A stretch of 63,901 nt of DNA, the filler included, from Choristocarpus tenellus KU-1152 (Eukaryota > Protista > Phaeophyceae): the NCBI GenBank assembly GCA_964200185.2. It is 12 parts of 12 records of this genome, joined end to end, with 100 filler letters (N's around TTAATTAATTAA, not from the genome) between each part and the next. Parts side by side here need not be neighbours in the genome. Positions count along the whole stretch, not along the records: positions 1 to 14,555 come from CAXNAD020001163.1; positions 14,656 to 30,474 come from CAXNAD020000923.1; 10 more parts are not named here. The stretch is one strand, 5' to 3'. The notes below the pieces were generated by a model. The model worked only from the letters and a program-made list of their open reading frames with translations, was not told where the DNA came from and made no database searches. A program made the translations under genes and the position numbers. Of this stretch, positions 11,511 through 25,199 are shown piece after piece; the first letter of the stretch is position 1, and each line of letters begins with the position of its first letter.

Positions 11511-14377
11511 CTGTCAGAAGGCCGAGATATGATGTGTAGAGGGGGGGAGGAATGGGGTTCTCCTGGTTTGTCACACCATACAGAAGAATGGATATACTCT
11601 CATTTGCATGCAGAGAAATCAAACTATTGCTCTGGTGAAAAACAAGACTTCAAAGAACATCAAATTTTCCAGGAGTCCCACATCAAAGATCAAAATCCTC
11701 TCTTTTTCTGATTGGGCCCCGCTATTACTGAACAAAAATGATTTTTTAAAAGAGAAATTCCAGGTACATGACATCCTATTTTGTATCTCTGTTCCTCAAA
11801 GTCGTAAAAAGAGGGGTCCAGTTGTGGATTCGGAGACTTCACAGAGAAAATCTTGGATCAACGACACGGTGGGAGAGGCTGGGTGCTACATTCTATTGCA
11901 ACATCATCCCAGGAACCCAACGCGTCATTATAGGACTGACATCAACTCGGGTTCACAATTGTACCATGCCGTAAGAGGGTGGAACTTGTGGGCAGGCCCC
12001 GGATAGCTTTTGATTATTATATTGCTGTACAATATTTTAGAGTGCTTCCTAATTGGTATGCTCTTGAACTTTGCTTAGCAAACGTTGAGTCGCGCTGTCA
12101 GGGTAGTATCAGGCTGCGGAGGGGATCTTGGGGCGAGGCCCCAAAGGAGGGGTAGCATTTTTCACTCACAGTGAAAAAAGATTGAGCTTTCGTGTCTTCA
12201 GAAACGTTGCAATGACCACGATTATTAAGATCAGTGGACCAATCACGTGGGTCAAAAATGGAGCCTTCGCCCAGCGTGGGTCCTGGGCACATTAGGGCAT
12301 GCAAGGGAGGGGAGGCGAATGGAGGAATACACGGAAAAAGTGGGCCCACTAGCTCCACGATGTGCTGGTTGTCCGATTCATTGGAATACCTCAATCCAAA
12401 CAATATCCAAACAACGTTTACTTGGAAATTTGTGAGGTACCCTAGAGGACTGCTTCTTCTGGCACATCGGTTTCAGCAACCTTCTACAGCCCCGAGAACA
12501 CAGATTTTATCTATGGCTTGAGTATGATGAAACACTGAGATCTGCGTGCCACTCCACAATCACGGTCTGCATCTCACCTAGCCCTTCCACACCTGCCCCA
12601 TCACCAATCCCCACTGCTGTGCTATTGCAATCCTAATCACATTCTCCGAATTCCAATATGGGCTGCTTCGAATATTCAACTTGTGGTTGAGTAACATCTG
12701 GCATCTCAGGAGAGACTTTGCCTTCCTCGACGACATCTTTGAAAATCCTGGATAGAAATAGTCACATCACACCTTGGTTGCATCGATCAAGTGGGCCCTA
12801 ATCGATGTAATTCTGTCCAGAAGGGTTTTCATCTTCATTGCAGGCCACATTGCATTTCCCATTCCCCACCCCACCTCAGCGTCTTGTACTTAACTACTCA
12901 AACCAAAATTAAGAGATCGAATGAGAAGTGAAGTACAACAAGGGAAAACAGTCCAATAGTAATAGAACAATAGTGGCAAAGAGGAGAGAGACAAAAGAAG
13001 GCACAAAACAACGATTAAGAAGAAAAAATGAATATATATATTCTAACGCAAGAACAAAATGGGGAGTAGATATTGTAGTTTTACCACGGGTTAGGGTCTC
13101 CTCCCCCAATCCTTCCTTCTCAAAAGAAATACTTTTAATAAGTTAGAACTCCACCACAATTATATTCATTGGATTTCGTGGGTTCGAATCTCTTTCATGT
13201 CACAATTCACATAAATCTGGTTTCAATGGTCCAATTCCACTGATTCCTTCGATTAGTACCACTCTGCTTCTTCTCTTCACTACACCTAAGTACACCTACC
13301 TACCTGTCTGTACTATCCTATCTGTAGGTATATAGACGTAATTAGTACTACGAAGTATATATTACCATAAAAACGCTGGATTAAGACAAGTAACACAATG
13401 TATGAAAAGCTATTTCAGTTGTTTTGAGACTGTCGTCCAAATGGGGTGGCAATTATATGAATCACCAGGGAAAAGTAGGTTTATATCATCATGGCTTTGC
13501 ATTAAGCATAAACCGGCAGAGAACTTATGTTAAGGCGATCGTCTGGGTATAGGTGGTGTTGTTAGGAGTGATACAGGTTTTAATATTTTGAGTTGTTTGG
13601 CGTGGAATCCATGAAAATCAAAGAGCACATATTCAGTGCACCTGCATTCTGCACATGGCAGATACTACATAATATGCATCCCTTTATGTTGCTGTGTGTG
13701 ACTAGTTTTCCCCCCTTCAGACGAAAAGTATACCTGTGGAACACTCAGTGTCTATAAATTGTGAGGGCAGTCTTGTGCTTCGCACGGATCCACCATTCTG
13801 CGAAACCCTCCGAACCCCAATTAATTGTGATACCCTCCTTCAGGATTATTACATGTCTCATGAACGACTTCGAACAGCAGAAACCCTCAGATAACCCTTA
13901 TTTTGAGGTTCCCAGCTACTACATGGAATAATCTGTTTCTTCATTGGACGTCATCAGACGATACTAATGCATGTCTGATTTGACAATCCCAAAATAGATG
14001 GCTTAACTTTTTAGCATCACTCTGCTACTGCTAGGACTCTCATCCAGACGAAATCTACACCTGTGGAATGCTAGGATCCTTATCTCTTTCCAATTTATTA
14101 CTTAGCATCGACAGATTGTGAGGGCCTCACTAGTGATGCAGTGAAGGGTGGCATACAAACGAACTTTTCCTGTCAAAGAATCGGAAAAAAGTGCCCTAGA
14201 GATCGAGTTTTCTTGCCTACCTGTTAGAGTTCCTCCTGCGATGGTACAAATGTTGATTATCAAACATTAGTTGGATGCATGATCCAACGATACTCAAACA
14301 CTTTACACTTGGAGTAATATATACTCGAAACTTACATACATTAACTAGTAAACATTACGTGTAGTTAAATGCTATGA

Positions 14378-14555
14378 GGCTCAAAGTATCTGGGAGGGGG
14401 GGAGGGTCTATATCAGGGTGTCCATTCGGATCCTGACGAGGACAAGTGCACTTACATCATCCATCCAACGTATGGAGGGAAATCACCCAAAAATAGCGAC
14501 ATGGAAAAATGACCCCCAAATGGACAGCCGCCACCACCCCCCAGATACTTTGAGC
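14378..14555 (+). mobile_element. MITE family A, near-complete ~178-bp copy (PIF/Harbinger Tourist-like?)
   Basis: Perfect 16-bp inverted termini gctcaaagtatctggg / cccagatactttgagc, a subterminal inverted gtccatt / aatggac motif, no coding capacity and six copies in the window. The superfamily is an inference from G-starting termini and AT-rich 3-bp flanks. Confidence 0.88.
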
Positions 14556-14655
14556 NNNNNNNNNNNNNNNNNNNNNNNNNNNNNNNNNNNNNNNNNNNNT
14601 TAATTAATTAANNNNNNNNNNNNNNNNNNNNNNNNNNNNNNNNNNNNNNNNNNNN
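14556..14655. other. Artificial contig-joining spacer (44N-TTAATTAATTAA-44N), one of 11
   Basis: Identical 100-bp spacers also at 30475-30574, 33819-33918, 37818-37917, 40934-41033, 43791-43890, 47598-47697, 50853-50952, 53751-53850, 58154-58253 and 61268-61367. The core gives stops in all six frames. Confidence 0.98.
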
Positions 14656-15215
14656 GGGTAGGATTCCCTCCAAACGGGAGGGGGGGCAGTCGCTGGGGCT
14701 GGTGGGGTGGGGGAAGAGAAGGGGGTGGAAGTGCAGATAGTGACATGGGAGACGGTGAAGGGGGAGTGATGGCTGGTGTCGGTGTTGTACAGGTGATGGA
14801 ATTGTTGAGCGAGGAGGTAGAGGATACTGTGCCAGGAAGATTATGGTCATAATGAAATGTTTGCGGGAAAGATTTCTTAGGTGGAGCTGGTGCTATTACT
14901 CGTCAGCTAGGGAGAAAATCTTGTGCGGGAATCAGATGGTGCAGGATACGTGTTTGAGAGGACAGGGTTAGAGGGGTAGCACTCTTCCTCAACAGATGCA
15001 ACCAATCCATAAACCCTCTAGCAGATGCCAGCATTGAGAAGGTTCGATGTGCAAGTACGACCTTCCACACATCCCGTCCCTATATTCTCCTTACCCTCCT
15101 ATCGCTGCACCACATTTCACACCTCACTCTTTCTCCTACTAATAATACGTACCCATTATTGTCCCTAAAGAATTACCACCCCCCCCAACCTGACCCAACC
15201 CAATGTTATTAGGCA

Positions 15216-18200
15216 ATGATGTCAGAGCAACAGAAGGGGATAACAGCACATGGCCAAAGAGGGGTTATTTCACAATATAGCCGGGGGTATAGCCGGGGTG
15301 GGGGGTACAGCCGGGGTCGGGGTCACAGCCAACATGGGGGAGTGGGACGCCGTAAGGCAAGATGGGTATTGAGTAGTTTGAACATTCAGCTTTTTTGCAC
15401 ATATTGTGAATAGCTTATTTCAACCACAATTACACACACTCACACACATTCCTGACATGCATGAATTTCTTCGCTGTCTTCCATATTGAATACAAGAGGA
15501 TGGAATAACTCAAGAAAAACTTCGCCATCTCATAGTGTTTGTGCAATCGGCACATTGTCTCGCCCACTGCAGTTCCTGTCTGGCAGATATGCTTTGAAAT
15601 GTCTCCCCTCAATGAGTATTTCCCCTCCCACTACAAAGTGTTGCATTCTTGAGCTGATGAAATAGGCACCTTCGCTAGTAAGTTACCCATACCTGATCCA
15701 CCTGACTGATTCCCTGAACATTGGTCCCATGTATTCAACTTACCAAGCAGCGGGGCAGGCATCAGAGTCCACTACTGACAATGACAAATGTGCTGACATT
15801 CTTGAATGTGGCCACCTACCTGATGCAAATGCGATTTCCATCCATTACATCGGCAGGGTGGAAGGTAGGGGATTTTATGGGGTGGTTTGGGGGGAACATG
15901 ATAGACAAGACAGTTTGTTAGGGTTAGGGTGTTGTGAACTGTGGGAGGTGCGCTGAGGCAAAATAGGAGAGACGTGAAACGTTCTATTGATAACTTCCTG
16001 AGTTAGCACACCTCTCAGGATCCAAGAACAACCCTCGCTTGTACCGGTGGACTAATCACCGCCTCCATTGTTTTCTAACCTACCCCAGCTCTAGGAGTGT
16101 TTAAAATACGCAAATATGCAGTGCAAGGGCCATGGATTGGTGTAATGCCTGGTGATATGAAGAGAAAAACCATTACAATGAATGACGATATACACGAAAG
16201 AGTCTTTTACTGACATACCATTTTGCCAACCATCAAGTATTTTCATGATGGGAAGGTGCCAATTTCCCATTTATTTGGGGGTCTGCAGACTACAGCCCCC
16301 CCTATTTGAATGCTGGTATCTTATCATCCACCCTCCCCTCCCCTCGATATTCATCCCCCCCACACACACACTGCCTTTGCCTGTGGGCCTCAGTTGGCGT
16401 CCGCAATAACTGTGAGAAAGCAGTGGTACCGCTTGCTGACACCAGTATTCCTTCACGGGTCAGTGGCCCATCTCCTTGTCAACAGCTATTCCCTCAGAGC
16501 AGTGGGACCAGTGGTGAGAGAGGAGGCCGAAGTTGTTTATGGGGGTGAATTCAAGGCAGGGATTGTGCGCATTCTATTTTTGGTATTGACACTCGATGCC
16601 TGTGTGGAAGGAAGGTCAACTGGATTTGGTAAGAGGGACTGCCAAGGCTTGTTTTGGGGACGAGACTTTGGTTGTGCTGCCTGTTGTGGAGTGCTGTGGG
16701 ATTACTCTATTATAAGCCTGTGCGAGTAGGGCACAGATTCTTCTTATGTGATAGCTTCAACAGTGATTCTCAATACTTCAGACTAGTATTGTGTTATCTA
16801 TGTGTATGAGTATGTTTTGAACTTAATCACAAAGTTTGAAGTGTTCTTACACTTTTTGTTTAACTCTTACGTCCCTGTAAGCCTTACTAGGGCACTATTG
16901 GTTTGAAGTGATGTAAATATCCTCCACTATTGATTACAAATGCAAGGTAGGGTAGAGCTTGGCTGAAGCTTGCTATATACCGCTGTAGTTCATAAGTGTC
17001 TCGCTTCAATTGCTTGGAAAGGTATTCCCTTGAACCCCAACCCTTGAAGCTGAAAGAATCCTAACCTGCTACTACCATTCCATCTTGTTTGTTGCCTTGT
17101 TTGCTCCATCAGGTGGAAGGTGTCATGGGAAAGGCCAAATTCCTTGGGATTTACCTTTTGGCTGGCATTTCAGGGAATGTGCTCAGCTGTATTGTCAACC
17201 CCCGCATGCCTGTGAGCTTGATCAAAGCAATTATATTTATGGACTGGATTTATCTGTCTTGTTGGATCTTATTTGAGAGTGCTGTTGTTACTGAAGTCCT
17301 GTTTGTATTGATAGTAGAGGTAACACTGAAATGGGCAGGGAGAGTCCAATGAGAAGGGTATGCCTCTGTCACTCCCACTGAGTTCATTGCGTCAGATTGG
17401 CAGAGGGTTATTTTCCCATTTATCTCAGTTTGTTTTGAATAGGTTGTTGGATGTGGATAGGGTTATTCTCAAGCATTTTTGCAACTCAAGATCATGGAGT
17501 AGTACAAGTATTCAGTTCCTGAATATTATTTTTTGCTGTTCCCTGGTTGTTTGCAAAAGCAATGTTACTCCCAGACGCCCCTGAGCTGTATATTAGACCC
17601 ATGTTGCCCCTCCTCCTCATACACTTGTGCATTGACAGGCGGTTGGTGCTTCCGGGGCAATCTTTGGCATGATTGGGGCCTGGGGTGCATTCCTCCTCAC
17701 TAACTACGAGGCTGTTGGGGAGGTGGCTGCGGATCGTGCTCTTGCCGGGGTGGGGCAGACTGTAATGATCAACCTCATGCTGGGTATGAGCAGCAGACAG
17801 ATTGACAACATGGGCCACCTCGGGGTGAGATTGCTCTTTGTATTACCATGCCGAAGAGATCCAACTGAACTCCAGGGCTGAGGTTCTAGGTTGCTGCATT
17901 TCGGCTGCAAACATCGCTAATGTTGTGATGATGCTGGACATCACAGTACAAGTTACTTTTTTGTATGTCCATCTCTACTGTTGCAAGAGCTTATTCAGGT
18001 CTTGTTTTTATTTTTGTCATCTTGGTGAAGTTGAACTCTGGCCAATTAGTGCCATTGTGGTAGTGTTGAGTTGAGGTATGATCGTGCCCGGGTTTGTGCA
18101 TCCCTCTCTACTGAATTTAAAATTTCCATTAGTGAACAGTGCAGTATTGTGGTATTGTGTGGATTCCTTGCTGTAACCTGGTGGTGTGCACTGCGTGCTG

Positions 18201-19291
18201 TTCAGCTGATGGCAGGGTTGCCTGGAGAACATGTTGGCATCATGCCTTTGAATTTTATCAGTGTAGACAAATCTTGACACTATCCTCTGTTACCCTCCCC
18301 ATCACCCGTTGACTTTCCTGTGCAGGGCTTCCTGGGAGGAGCTGCAGTGGCATACATCATTGGACCAAGACTGTCTCGGTATGAAGTAGATGTAGCATGT
18401 TCACAATGTTGGTGGAAATTGATCCAATCCTCAACTGCATCAAGGTTGTGACTTATGTCCAGTGTTACACATTTGTGAATGCTAGGCTCACCTAAACATC
18501 TCACAACAGTACACAGCACCCTAGTCCCTTGAGGAACGGCGCAAATTTCTAAGGAACAGAATGTTTGGAACTGAGTGCAGCCCCACATGTTGGATTCAAA
18601 TATGTGGATAAGATGTTTGTTCTTGAGACATTTAATCTATGATAAGGCAATGTGAATGAAGACACAACAGCAGTGCCATGGTGATGTCCATATATTGAAT
18701 TGCTTCCACCTGTCTTGATATGTGTTCATGATATTTTGGTAATGATAAGGGCTTGGTGTGAACAACAGGTAGTGTTTCATTCTTGTTTAATTTATGGAGT
18801 ATGCTTTTCATTAAACCCTGCTCACATAGTCCTCCTGCTTCTCGCTGACTGCATTAACCAAAGCTGTAGAGGACTCACCATTCTGTGTATATATTTTAAT
18901 AGTGGATTAAGCATGTGGACTGCGTGACTTGTCACAGACTCTCTTTGCATGAAAGTGGAGTGAGGGAATTGTCAGCAGTGCTAACAATCCAATTGCGCTG
19001 CTCTTGTCAAACGTACTATGTGGTTAGGCCAAGGACAAAAATATTCATGCACATGCACATGTAGCAAATTCTAACTGTTGTGCTTCATAGGTGAATCTTT
19101 TACCCCCCCAACCCCCCACACTCTGTGCACTGCACCCGTCCCGTTCCAACAGACGGCTTAATCCTTTCACAGGGGAATCATATCTGGTTAATGAACAAAG
19201 ACAGTTTGCCTCTCCTCTCCTGAGGAGGTTGATGGGGGGGGATCGGTCCTCTTGGCAACAGCCATACCAACAGGAGAAACGTTGGCCATGA
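15216..19291 (+). CDS. Rhomboid family intramembrane serine protease (plant RBL10-like)
   Basis: Exons ~15748-15864 (TNVLTFLNVATY...GWK), 16394-16513 (QWYRLLTPVFLHGSVAHLLVNSYSL), 17113-17211, 17639-17824 (AVGASGAIFG catalytic Ser...IDNMGHLG catalytic His), 18326-18378 (GFLGG) and 19153-19291 (stop). The upstream Gly/Arg-rich exon at ~15216-15356 is less certain. Confidence 0.93.
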
Positions 19292-19899
19292 ATGCATTGA
19301 TTTATTGTCTTGAGGGGTCTTGAGGGGTATTCCCTCTTTTGCGCACAGGGTGCATGCATACAAAGTGAGTGTCATGGAACCACTTGCTTAAACATTTTAC
19401 TTTGCGTTCCACTGGTGATACAAAGTGTTTTTTGATACCCTATGTCACTGTCATTTATGCCATCTTCTTATCCCCTTACATTGCTATAGGCACAGTAACT
19501 CCTACCTCACTACTATGGATCCTTTGTTTTGCTGCAGGTTTGACAGTTGCATATTAGTTTTGAAAATGAGTGATCCATGAACCTAAATTCAGTAGAGGGC
19601 TCTAGTATGATATAAGCCCCCTCATTAAGTGTGTTTGGTACTGCTGAATACAGTGTCTATTTTTCCTTATTGGTCAGAGTGCATTTAGAGTGAGCCTGTT
19701 GGCGGCTACGCATGATGCTAGCTTTATGGACTGTACTAGCTGTTATAAGCATCAATGATAGAGCAATTGACTGGTGTGTTTTGCTCACTGTTGAAGGCAA
19801 GACCACTGGTACTTGAAATTATGCAGGGTTTCCATTCCAGTCCTGTAGATCAAGCCCAGATAAAAAGTAATGACTAGGTAAATCTTCGTTATACCTTGC

Positions 19900-22800
19900 T
19901 ACTTCTTGTGCATCTGGTTAGCCCTCCTGCCGCTCGTGACTTCCTGTCCTTGCTCAAGGGTTTGGCGCCTACTCATCAGACATGTGTAGCTACTACACAT
20001 GTTTTTCTGCACTATGCAAGTGTCCACCAAAATCTGGAGAAGTGCTTACCATATGGGCCATTGATGCAAGATGCATGTTCAAGTGAATATCTTGACTCAG
20101 CTCGGGCACAGTTGTTCTATCTTGCAGAGAGTTCATTTTATGTCCTTTTGAGTATTTGGAGCACTTTAAATCTTCCACTAGTCATCCCATTTTCCATGCC
20201 TGAAAAGCTGCTAGTCCCTCCTAGAAGGCTGTGGTTGTTGAAGAGGAGACAAATGTCCGTCAACATTGACATAAAATCACCCTTCCAGAGTGGTAGAAGC
20301 ACATGTAGTAGAAGGCGGTCACAGTGACCCCATCTATGATAAGATGACTCAGAAATTTGAGGGAGCACTCTGGATTCCAACCAATTGGCTATGAGGATGC
20401 TGAGGAAATGATATCATACTGTGACATGATGTACATAGGCAGTCCATTGATTCGCTTGTTTCATATGTAATGGCCATGAGTTCATCTTACTGCAGGAACA
20501 AGATTATTGAAATGTTGTCACACACTTGGGTTTTGGGGGGGGTCTGCAGCACTCATGTGGACTACTAGATACCAAACAAGGGTAGACTCAAATCAACAGT
20601 AGCACATAGAACACTCGAAAACCATTCACGACATGAATCCCACATGGTACTTGACGTTTCACCACAGGATTGATATCCCTGTGTATTTCCCATTCATTAG
20701 GTGTACGGGCATCTGCCCAGCATCCTTTTTCTTCTATCCTTGAGCACCACGCCCGCTCTAGTCAAGAAGCTGCAGTGCACACCACTCCCCAGCTCCTCGA
20801 CTGGTGGAGTGCATGAATTTGCGTAGGGCGGAGAGATGTAGTGGGGACTCTTGTTATTGCAGCATGTGTGAACTTCTCCTTGCCATTGTGCGAAACTTTT
20901 CAACAGAATTAAATATATATCCTACACGCTTTTGTAAAAAACACCAAATTTTGTACACATTTGTTAGTATCCTAATAAAGTAACCCCAGGTACCTCTCAT
21001 TTACTTTGGCTCTACTGCTGTAATTTCATATGTTGTTTGTCACTACCATAGCTCCCCAAGAGAACACTGTGTAGTCTTCGTTAAGAACTGCTGACTGTTA
21101 GTTGATGTCCACTATCCCCTCCAACAGCTCTTCCTTAGCTGGAGGTCCAACCTTGCTTGATCATCACATTGACATGAGCCGACTGTCCTTGCCATATTTG
21201 AAGTATTCTACCATCGGGGGTGCTCTCATGGTGTAGGTGGTTTTTTGAGCTACCACATCATTGCCCCAACCTATTTCTGGATATTGCACCTGATCCATAT
21301 CTCTATCGATGTTGGTGGTGATCATGCTTTGCAGCTAGAGTACTGCCCAGCTTGCAGCACTCCTCAGTCTTCCTTTTGAGGGTCAAGTACCTGAACCAGA
21401 CACCCTCTGTCAATGGATGCCCTTATCCGTCCTTGCTTGCAGGGCCACCACAAGTTTTAATGTGTAACCATATTACCATCATACAGACAATTTGTCATCG
21501 GTATTTCCAGTGGGTTACCATGCATCTGGTGGCCCATTCTCACAAATTGGTCTACCCAGTAGACCATGACAATAAAGGTCACTTGGGGGTCGTTCCTTTT
21601 GGGAGTCCCCCTTCGCTCTTGACTACATAGATCTTACTTTGTAGTCCTGTAATTTCCTCATCGAAGCAGACTAGGAATATCCCTTAAGGATATTCTCCAA
21701 CAATTGGTGGCTAGCCAATAGTCTTGATCGCACTTCAGTAGAGTTCACCTGTACTCCTTAGAAGGATGCCAATTATTTTCCGCTTGGTGGTTTCTTCGTT
21801 ACTTACCTCCCTCAGTTTGTTCGATTATCTTGACACCAGTCCTCCTTTTCCTTCAATGCTGAGTCGCAGTGCTAAAAAGGGCGTTTCCCAAGACTTATGT
21901 ATACAAATGTGTTGATTATTTCTCTAGGTGGAAAGATGGAGGACTGTTCCTATGAGGACTACTTTCCCAGAAATATCTCATTGCCAATCAATCAAGACCA
22001 TCCACTCAAAAAACTGAAGTCAAAAGTGTTCTGATTTCTGGACTCAAGTATCAATACATACGCAGTTCATCACCCTTGGTAATATCCTATTATGCTGAAC
22101 ACTGTTGTACTTCCAATTTTTGACTTCCACAATTCCAGGACGGATTGTTACCTCCGTATTCAGCATTTAACTTCTGTTATCCTCCAAGAAAACTTTGGGG
22201 TCAGTTTACTCTGTAATGTTTATTACTATTTATTCGGATATGGTTCAGGGACCAATTGCTCTGTAATGTCCACCCATGCAATGCCCAAGTCTGTTTTGCA
22301 ACAACTGTGTCCTGCACTAGCCTTGTGCCTAACTTCTATTGTCAGGGCAATGCCAAGTGTCATTTCCTCTCTAATGTCTGTTGACCAGAAAACTCTCGAC
22401 CACATTTCTCTGTAACATCTGTCAAGAATAACATGTGCAGTTATTTGCTCAATTACTTGGTTTCACAAAATCTGTTTGATGGTCTCAAACCTTCTGTTGA
22501 AGAGGTTGTACAGCAAAGACAGTTGAAAATGAAAAGAAATATGACACAAGAATGTCCCCCCAAAAAGAAAAAATATACATATTTGTAACACTCCCCTTGC
22601 TCATAATAGCTGTTGTCCAGCATACACTCACTATCATTTGCTCTCTGACAATTGTTGTGTAACAAGTATTTGGGGCTGGTTACTCCATAATGTCGACATT
22701 TGTTGTCCAGAACGTGCATTTTGTGCATTAATACAACGCGCCAAGTTGTAATATGCAAGTGTTTCGTTGTCGTCCTGGATGTGAACTAATGTAGGTCTCC

Positions 22801-22900
22801 TGCATGGTCTTCTTTTGTGGAAGATGTTGAGCATATTCTTGGCACCCAGTTCCCCTGTGCCCAGAAGAAAGAGAGCTTGTAGTGATTAACTAGTTGACAT
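19900..22900 (-). mobile_element. Heavily decayed Ty1/copia LTR retrotransposon pol relic
   Basis: Minus-strand translation gives broken motifs in copia order: ELGAKNMLNI (~22840), FDEEITGLQ (~21650), HWKYR..DGNM..KLVV (~21480), TYTMRAPP (~21230) and RTFVSSSTTTA (~20245, RNase H 'VALSTTEAE'-like). Many stops and frameshifts; boundaries are approximate. Confidence 0.55.
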
Positions 22901-25199
22901 AGTGCTGGATCTGTGTGCTCAAGAGGGTATCACCCAGAATGTGCTGTTCCTCGCAGCAGATTTCACTTCATCTTGCACAGCAAAAGGTAGTTCCATTTCT
23001 TAGGGCTGTCAGCGTGGATCAAGTTCATGGGATTGGGATTGCTTTGGGGCGGTTGGGGCACAGAGAACCAAGAATAGAAGTGGAGGAAGCTGCTGTTGCT
23101 GTCCTATCATGGCCTTCAGCCTGTCTGTAGCATGAAGGGGCACCAGTGGTCCATATTATGTTTCTGTGTCACTCCTCTCAATTTTTCTGTATTAATCGGG
23201 GGGGTTTTCAGACGAGAATCATGAATCATCTCTACCACTATCCTTGGTTTTAGGGGGCCCAACTACTACTACTACTACAGGTACAAGTGCACTCATCGTC
23301 ATGCCACTCCATTCTCGGTAACAATGACAACACCTGTGTATCAACAAACACCCCAACAACACAACGTCCATTGGGAGATCCTTGACTGGCTCAACATGTC
23401 ATTCCCTATCCTATCACAAGTGGTAATCCATGATATATCAGTAGTGCTCACTACGAACAAAAGGATGCATTGCCAAGGCGGATAGAAGGTGCGACATGAG
23501 AGGAACGAGAAGGGGGAGGAGGACAACAGGCGAAAAGTACAAGACCTAAACGCATTGCTATTATTAATAATTTGAGCAGCTGGGAGTAGGGAAAAGGAAG
23601 ATTACGGCATTGCCATGCACTGGGTCCAGCCATCGTGAAAATTTGGTGCCAGCAGAGGGGTAGTTCTTCTGTGTGTTCGGTGTAATATTAGGATTGAAGT
23701 GTGTGAACACATAAAATGCATATGAAAATAATAGCATGTGGCGTAGAGATGAAACTTGTACATTCTTATTGTGTTACTTTCTTGAGAGTAGAAGAGGAAT
23801 CAGGATTCAACAATGACTGGCATGATTTGAAGAGAGTGTAAAGGACACAGGTCCTTGCGACTAATCCTGTTGTGTGTCATATTTCAGAGTATTTCTAGAT
23901 GCATTTTTCCTTTGTTCTTGTCCTTTCACCTTTTTATTCTCTGTTCTTCATTGTTTATATAGAAGCATTTAATCTGGAAATATCACACCTTCCGCCATAT
24001 CGGAAGGAGACTGTTACTGGAGAGGGATAATGCTATGGATATACCCCAAATGATACAAGTAATTCCACACATACATATACGATTAAATTGTTTTTTCCTC
24101 GGTCATACTGTACCGTTGACAAAACCGAAATCTTGTAGTATTTCAAACACCGTTGGAATTAATGGTGCTAGAACATACTGGAACCAATTGCTCGGTACAC
24201 CTTGGTAGATGCTGAGTTCTTTTTCTTATTCATTTTTTGTTTTTGTCGTACTCCTTGTCTGTGCCTTTTTTTTCATTTGTTGATTTTTTTGTACATTTCT
24301 TTGTTGCATTTCTTTGTTACATTTCTGTATTTCTGCTTTTTTCCCCCATACGTAGACTTCATACCCTATCTTCTGCTCTCATTTTTGTATTGTTTGACTG
24401 GAAGTCCAATCATGTTGAATGTTACTTTCTCCTCCACATTAAATCATCTGCACAATGTTTGCCCCTGACACATCTCCAAAAAGTCAAAAACATAATATAT
24501 ATAGTGTTTTCGAACGATTGCATCGAGCATCTAACTTGTGTGTGCAATCAATCAATCGCAGCCATTTGAGTTTAATTATTTAATCTGTCCTTCGACTTCT
24601 ACTCTACCTTTGAACGACCACGAGATGTTTATCTTCACCAATGCATTGACATCATGACAACTCCATTTGAGGCTGCAATAAATAGAAATTGCGTCCCTTT
24701 TTCTTCTGTGTGAGTCAATGATTGGTTTTTTGCTCCATGAGATGTAACTAAGCTAATGAGATAGCACATTCGAACTGATTGATAGTTGCTGTATTTCATA
24801 TCGTACTTAGACTATGCCGCTTCGATAGTTGTATGTTTTAGATGACAACAGGTACACTGATGATGACATTATTTGTGCCACTTAGGAATTAATGTCAATA
24901 CATTGTGTTGTGAAGTAGTGATTTCTCACATGGTATTATTATTAATCCATGGATGGGAAAAGAAATTTTGATGGGGTGTATAAAAAGTAACGAATAATAG
25001 TGAAGGAGTACACCCCAACATATCATTCCTCTGTTTTACAATGGTTGGAAGATATTCTACGTATCGTTCCTAACCAAACTAAACTGATGCTTCAGTGAAG
25101 GGATCATGCGAGACTCCCTCTCTTTCTCAGCCATATCCTGGTCAATCCTCTACTAATTCCGACACAAAATAACCCCAAGTAAATCTGCATGGATTATTT

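Noticed and set aside
13178-13195. B-box-like ggttcgaatc (also at 57382-57391, minus strand) as a tRNA or SINE
   Set aside because: No A-box, cloverleaf or second copy with shared flanks.
13718-14125. Short diverged duplication (cagacgaaa...acctgtggaa...ttgtgagggc, twice); similar small duplications at 31714-31792 and 39819-39867
   Set aside because: Two or three short degenerate units with no regular spacing, consistent with ordinary local duplication.
14600-14611. Recurring TTAATTAATTAA palindrome as a biological repeat or CRISPR-like array
   Set aside because: It is always centred in exactly 44+44 Ns, so it is an assembly linker.
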